Shown: piece by piece, positions 58,115 to 64,000 of the stretch
How the letters are laid out: the number at the start of each line of letters is the position of its first letter
How positions within the stretch are numbered: the stretch's first letter is position 1
NCBI GenBank assembly: GCA_036172245.1
Contig: JAYWIR010000016.1
Span: forward strand, 3,906,001-3,970,000
Direction: 5' to 3'
DNA from: Raillietiella orientalis
Taxonomy: Eukaryota
Length of the DNA stretch: 64,000 bases
Made by a program: the position numbers and the translations under genes
Notes under the pieces: model-generated
Told to the model about the DNA's origin: nothing
The model's input: only the letters and a program-made list of their open reading frames with translations
Database searches by the model: none

Positions 58115-60814
58115 GTGAGTCCCTTACGTCCTCTTTTGCCCATGCGCGCTTCACCCTTTCCCTCCCCTCGAAGCATGACGGGAAGATTCTTGCTTTTCCG
58201 CTGGCCCTTCGGGACCTTTCCTACGCCCCCCGTGCCTTCCCGTCCAGCGTCACGCCGGGCGGGCGCGTTTCCACTGACCAGGAGAACGGGCGAACGGAGC
58301 GCGCGTTCCCGTGCTCAAGGTCAAATTTGACAGTTCGAATCCAGGAAAAGGCGGGGGTACCCACCCGGTTGCCCCGGGGCGATCAGTTCGAAAAAACGGA
58401 CTCCCGAGGCACTTTGACCTCGGTAGAAAGTTCTGCCTTCGTAGGGAGGACTGCGGTTTCGTGGAGTAGGCACCAATGTCCCGGGGGCGTTAGCTAAATG
58501 TGAGCAGTTTGCCGGCAGAGGTGCGCGCAAGGTAAACAGGGGGAGGGGGAGAAGGGGGGAGGAAAGAAAAAAAGCAAAAAAAAAAAACTCGCACCCACAT
58601 AAAAAGGAAAATGGTCCTCGCAAAATTTCGGCGGGCAAAGGTAAAGGCCACCGAGAACTCCCTGGCATCCTCGGCACCCTGACCAGCACGCAGGCAGATC
58701 CTTCCTCCTTCCAGCTAGGCAGGGTCACCTCGAGGTCCTCCCTCTCAAAAAGGGGACAGACGACCGCGATGGCGTCTTCCGTTTGTAAGGCCCCTTGCGG
58801 CACAGCTGCCCGCCGCCGCGTGGGCATCCGCGATGGACGCAGCAGGTGACGCTGAGCCGCGCGTGAAGAGGCGTCTCGGTGCGTCCTCGGGGTCGTCCCC
58901 AGGGGGATTGTGGGGCGACGACGTGCTCCCACGCGCTCCGAAGGGCGGCGCACTCGACCGGCAGGCGCGGGAAGACTTCCCTTCCGCTACACGGGGCATG
59001 ACCCAGGGCCGCACTCTCCTCCGGTTCTGGAGGTCTGCATTGGAGACCCCCATGCAGCCGTCCCCATACCGAGTCCTTCCGCTTCAGGGGAGGGTCGCCT
59101 CTCTCCGAGAACTCCACCGCGGGGATCTCCACCTCGTCCGAGGGATTTCCGAGTCAGAGAGGTCCTTTGGGGCGTCCAGCATCCCAGTCTCTCCTTCCTT
59201 TCTGCGATCGCGCGGGTGACCTCCCCATCTCGCAGGCCGGTCACTGTCCTGGTTCTCCTGCAGGGTGGACAGCATTGCTACGGGTGAGGTACACCGCACC
59301 CAGGGGAGGGGATGGCAGCAGTGGGGAGGAGGGAGGAGAATAGCCCGGTCCGACTTGGCAAGGGCTCACACCCCGCTCGGCGGGAGCAGCTGCGGGTTCT
59401 CACTCTACAGGAGGAACCCGGCGTCCAGGCCCTGAGAGCCGCGGGAAGACTTCGCTTTCTCGGGACCCTGAGCCCGGGAAAGAAGGAAAGGGTTTTCCGG
59501 AAAACTTTCGCAGGCAGGATCCCCCTTCAGTCCAGGAAGGGGATCATTCCTCCTCCCTCCCGACGAACTGGCGGGGTTCAGGGGGAATGCGAAATGGTAG
59601 CAGGTAGCACCCGACGCTTCCAGGTGGCGCCCAAACTCACCTGCACGCGGATGCCGAGGAGCGTTGCCAAGGAGGAGGAGGACCGTGGGCAGAGATCAGC
59701 GCGCAGGAACGCTGAAGGAGACGCCGGACGGGTGGTTCCTGAAGCAGCGGACTCTAGGGGGAGGTGATCGTCCCGTTCGGGAGGAAGGCCGGACGCCCCC
59801 GGGTGTTGCGTAGATGTCTTGGACAGAGATAAGAGGAGAAGGCGCGTGAGACCGGGTCAGTAGGGTGCCTCAGGCGAAGACCCCACACAGTCCGTCCGAA
59901 TCCCTCCAAGGATCGTTGGGAGCTCCCGGATTCTACGCACGTGCGCTTCCGGAGGCGGGTATACCGCCTCCTGCGCCCACCTTGACGCGCCCCCACCCGG
60001 AACCCCTAGGGAAACCCTCGGGAAGTCCTGGAGCATTCCTTCCTCTCCTCGAGGGGGAGGGAGGGAAAAAAGGGAAGGAGGAAGAAGCTGCTTGTGGAGC
60101 TTGCGAACGAGCAGGATGGATGGATCTGTTCGGGCAAGTCTTTTACCTCCAAAGTCTCCCCCAACTCCGGTAGGGAATCCCTTCAGGTCCTTCCACTCCA
60201 GGTGCCCCCTTCCAGCTCTTTTTTTTCCGCACTCAGACCCACGGAATTGCGGCGTGGGTCCGGAAGCTGCTTGCGAGCGCTTTGCCTCCCTCCGAGAGTC
60301 TTACTTACGGAAGGCAGATCCCGGGAGGGACAGCAACCCCCTGCGGTGCGCGTTGCGAAACAACGCTACGGCTGCCCTGACATCCCCGAAAACTGATCCC
60401 GATATCCGCCAGCTGGCTAGTTCTGAAGGCTAGGTCCCCGCGCGGGTCGCGTGAGTGACGCGTTCCTGCGGTTTCTCCGGGCAATCAGGTCCAGGGTGGT
60501 GGTGGGTGGCCGAGGATGGATGTCCAGGAAGAGACAGAGGTCAGGATCTTCGCCACTGTTGCGACCACGTCCTGCGGAGGTCGCTCGGCAGCTCCTCCCT
60601 GCCTGAGAAGGGAACGAGGCGCGCAATGCGAGTTCAACAGCAACAAATCTTTCCTGGGGGATGGTTCTGCCTGCGCACAGTCGGGCGACCGCAACCAGCG
60701 CCCGTCGCCGCCTGCACCGCAACATCCGCGGCCGCTGGGCACACACTGTCCCCGGCAGGAAGAGCTCGCGCCCTCTGCAGTGCCATCTCTGTCTCCCCGG
60801 CAACCCCCCACTCC

Positions 60815-61495
60815 GGATCTTCGTGGTCCTCAAGAACCACGAAGAAGAACCTTCCGCCCCCTTGGAGGGGGGAGAGACGGTCACGAAGCACCCCTTTAGC
60901 ACTGTCCACTCCACCCTAGGGTGTGTGGAACTCTTCAAGTTAGGAGTCAACCCCGGAGGGACTTGCCCATGAATCCAGGAAGGCTCCAGAGGAAGGAGTT
61001 TTCTCCCCTTGTGCCTGGTAGGGAGTCCTGGAGGGAACCTTTGTCCGGGTTGTCTCCAAGGGAATCCCGAAGGAAAACTTTTCCTTATTCTCTCCGGAGG
61101 GACCCCCGGAAGTGACAGTTCCATTATTTCTTCTCTGAAGGGAATCGTTCCTTGTTTTTCCTCCTGAAGAGAACCTTCCAAAAGAGACACTTCCCGATTT
61201 CTCTGAAGGGCTCTTCTTTCGAAGCGCTTCTGGCACTCTGGAGAGGCAGCCCCGAGGGGGCATCGAGCAGCTCCATTTTCACAACCGGAGAGGGAACCCC
61301 GAAGGGCTCTTTGAGTCCTAGAAAAACCCCGGAGGGAGGGTCGGCTTCCAATCCCGGCCATGCAACGAGGGCATCCGACTTCCGCACTCAAACCTGCAGG
61401 CCAGACAGTGCCATCCTGCGGGGGGGGAGAGGGCTTGAAACCCACGACTCCTGGCACCACGCGCTGAGACCACAGCCACGCGACCGCCAACGCGG
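60815..61495 (-). repeat. Near full-length SINE-like copy
   Basis: Head-to-tail homology. Confidence 0.78.
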
Positions 61496-64000
61496 GCAGC
61501 GGTCGCCGCCCGAAATCTGCCTTCAGAGTTACCTTGGGGTCCACCCGGGACGGGAAGAGGATGTGGTACGAACCCTCCTTGTTGAGCAGTCCCTCTGGGA
61601 CTTTATTTCGATTTATACTAAACCCCAAATATTTTTTATAACAATCATTTATTATTAATATATAATACATTATCCTTTAATTAAGATGCATGTAGTGCAC
61701 CCGGGGAAGCGAGAAGACTGGTAAGAGCTCGTCATCCCCGCCAGAAGGAAGGTCAGGGGGGAGGGTCGGAGAAGAGGAGCCAATAAAAAGGGAAGTTAAA
61801 TGAACGGCATTTGGAAGGAAGGGAAGGGAGGGAGGTCACCGGATGCTCCTGTCATTCCCTGGAGGAACGAGAGGAACGAGAGGTTCCGTTCCCGGCATTC
61901 CTCCGGGCACACGGAACCCTCTCCTTCCTCCTCTCAGCAGGGAGGCTGCCAGGACCGCCATCCTGCGGTCCTCTCGCAGCTCCCAAAGTCAGCCGTAGGG
62001 TGGGGCGATCCACTTCAGACCGGTCCGCTCCGTGTTCGGCTTCGGAACGATCCGACCAGCCTATCCCGGACCACCGCAGGGCGAGCACGGACTCGCCACG
62101 GGGTTCCCCATTCCCGGGCTTGCGTCTTCCTGCTCCGGTCGAACAGGCCGGGGGTGCGACGGGAGCCTCCTTCGGGAAGACTGAGCCGCCCCGACCAACA
62201 CGAAAGGGGAAGGGGGGTCGTATCCCAGGAAACAGACTTTCCCGAAGCGGCGCCGGGCGCCGCCTCGCGACACGCGGAAGGCGGACCACCTGGTCGGGGA
62301 GGCGACCTCCGCCGCACTGGAAGCCGGAAGACCTCGGTGACCGCGGACGCAGATCTTCCCGGGCTGGGACGAGGCCTGCGGAAGAACTGAAGCTCACGTG
62401 GGAAGCTGCGAACCCGTCCCCGGGATAGACGTCTGCGGCCGCACGAGGGCGCCCTCGCCCTTCCCCCGGTTGCGCGGGCGACGCACCGACTCGACGGCAA
62501 TCCCAGATCCCGCGTCTCCGTACTTGGCAACCGTTTTCAAGCTCGCGTCCGCGTCTTGGAGCCGACGGAAGCAGGCAGTCTGGTCCAAGGTCTGGAGAGA
62601 GAGGACGCTTCCGCTCCTCACTCGGCGACACAGTTCTTGCGCCTCCGCTGCCGTTCGTAACCCAGGAAGGAGGAGACCGACAGGGAGCCGACAACTTCTC
62701 CCTGTCTCATGTCGAATCTGCCGAAGGGCGGGCCGTGAGGGCGGGAACTTCATGAGAGATTTCTGTGGAACCCTCCTGAGTCGCACGAAGATCCGGAGGA
62801 ATGCTCTGCACGAAAGACGTGACTGCGCAGGTAAAGGAGTGTGGCAATTCCTGGTTTCCATGGACTCCGAATCATTTCGCTGCCGCCGCCGCCGCGCCAG
62901 AAAAACTTCTCGGCATACTTGGGGAGCTGCTTCCGCAGAACGGAGGAAGGAGGGGGGAGAGGGAAGGGAGGAGGAAATTCTGAGAAGCGTGTATCCTAGC
63001 AGCAGGTGTCTCAGAGGTCTCTCCATTTTCGCGTGGCAGCAGGGCGGCCAGAAGGGTTCCGTTCGGGAGTGCGCGGCTCCCCCTCGCGACAAAGCATCAT
63101 CTCTTTCTGCCGCAGAGGGAGGTCTCCTGGGAAAGGAGGCGGGAAGGAGGGAGGAATCCGAGTTGAGCAAGCTCCCACCCCCGCTGGAAGGGCGCTCCCC
63201 CTCCCTCCCATCCCCTCGGGAAGGGGGACTGCTTGGACCAGACGAGGGCAATTCCAGAATTTCTCTTTTGGATTCCAGAACGCGGGCCGTGGCAGCCGGA
63301 GGACGCCCGTCAGACGCGAGACGACAGCGACGGCGGGCAGGAAGGCCAAGAGGCGGCAGGGTTCCCCATCACCGTGAGGCCCCTCCCCTGTAGGGTGCCC
63401 TCAAGGTTCAAAGAGGTGGGAATGCGCACCTGCTCTCTCGGTGGCGCGGTGCGCTCCGCGGGTTTCGAGGATCGGAAAGTCTAGGGCATTGCCGAAGGCC
63501 GGGGCACAGCTGGCCCGATGCGCTCGTCGAAGCTCAGGACGCAGGGGGGGACTTCCGCCTCGCCGATCCCGCTGGCGGTCCCGAGGGCAGGTCACCTGTC
63601 AACCCCCTCCCCCCCCCGTCCTCCGTGCCTTCCTCCTTCCCCTCCGACGGTCGCGGTCGCGTCCGGTGCCCGCCTCGAGACGCCATTCTTTCCCCGCCTC
63701 CGGGGTGCGATCCACAGAGGCCGAGCATCTGCATCTACGGCGGCACGCCCGGTCGAGGTCACCCCTGCGCCGCCCTGCGGCAGCTACGGAGGCGCTCCGG
63801 GAAGCCGGCATCGGGCGAGCGGGTAAGAGGCGAAGCGGAGGGACGCGCGCGACGCGGGAGCTCCTCTCCCCTACTTGCTTGGAGACGCCACCTTGCTTCC
63901 TCCCGGGTCCGAGACGCTTCCGAATCCGTCCGCCAGGTCGGAGGGAGGTAGGAAAGGTGGTCGGAGGTTCCCGGCCCCATGGGAACATCTCCCTCAGCAA

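Noticed and set aside
1..64000. CRISPR array, prokaryotic operon or defence/retron system
   Set aside because: No regularly spaced repeats. The genes are spliced, and the RT is an APE-linked eukaryotic LINE type.

Overview
This is GC-rich, repeat-dense eukaryotic DNA, not prokaryotic. It is most likely an arthropod, given a clip-domain gene and spliceosomal GT-AG introns. Two host genes can be rebuilt exon by exon, and they diverge from a ~16 kb repeat-filled intergenic region. (1) Minus strand, 8 exons, 27156 to 15062, 425 aa: a secreted clip-domain serine protease homologue with the catalytic Ser replaced. (2) Plus strand, at least 10 exons, 43560 to at least 58114: a KIF17/OSM-3-like kinesin-2 with an X-box-like motif upstream. 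Most of the rest is decayed mobile DNA. There are many L1/Tx1-type non-LTR retrotransposon pieces, including one nearly complete but frameshifted copy at ~37.6-41.3 kb. There are about a dozen copies of a 0.6-0.9 kb tRNA-headed SINE-like repeat, several AT-rich MITE-like islands and a possible FLYWCH remnant. The most notable unexplained signal is at six Tx1-like 3' ends. They share a hairpin/AATAAA/terminal-hairpin layout with different stem sequences and no poly(A) tail. All repeat boundaries and identities were estimated by eye.
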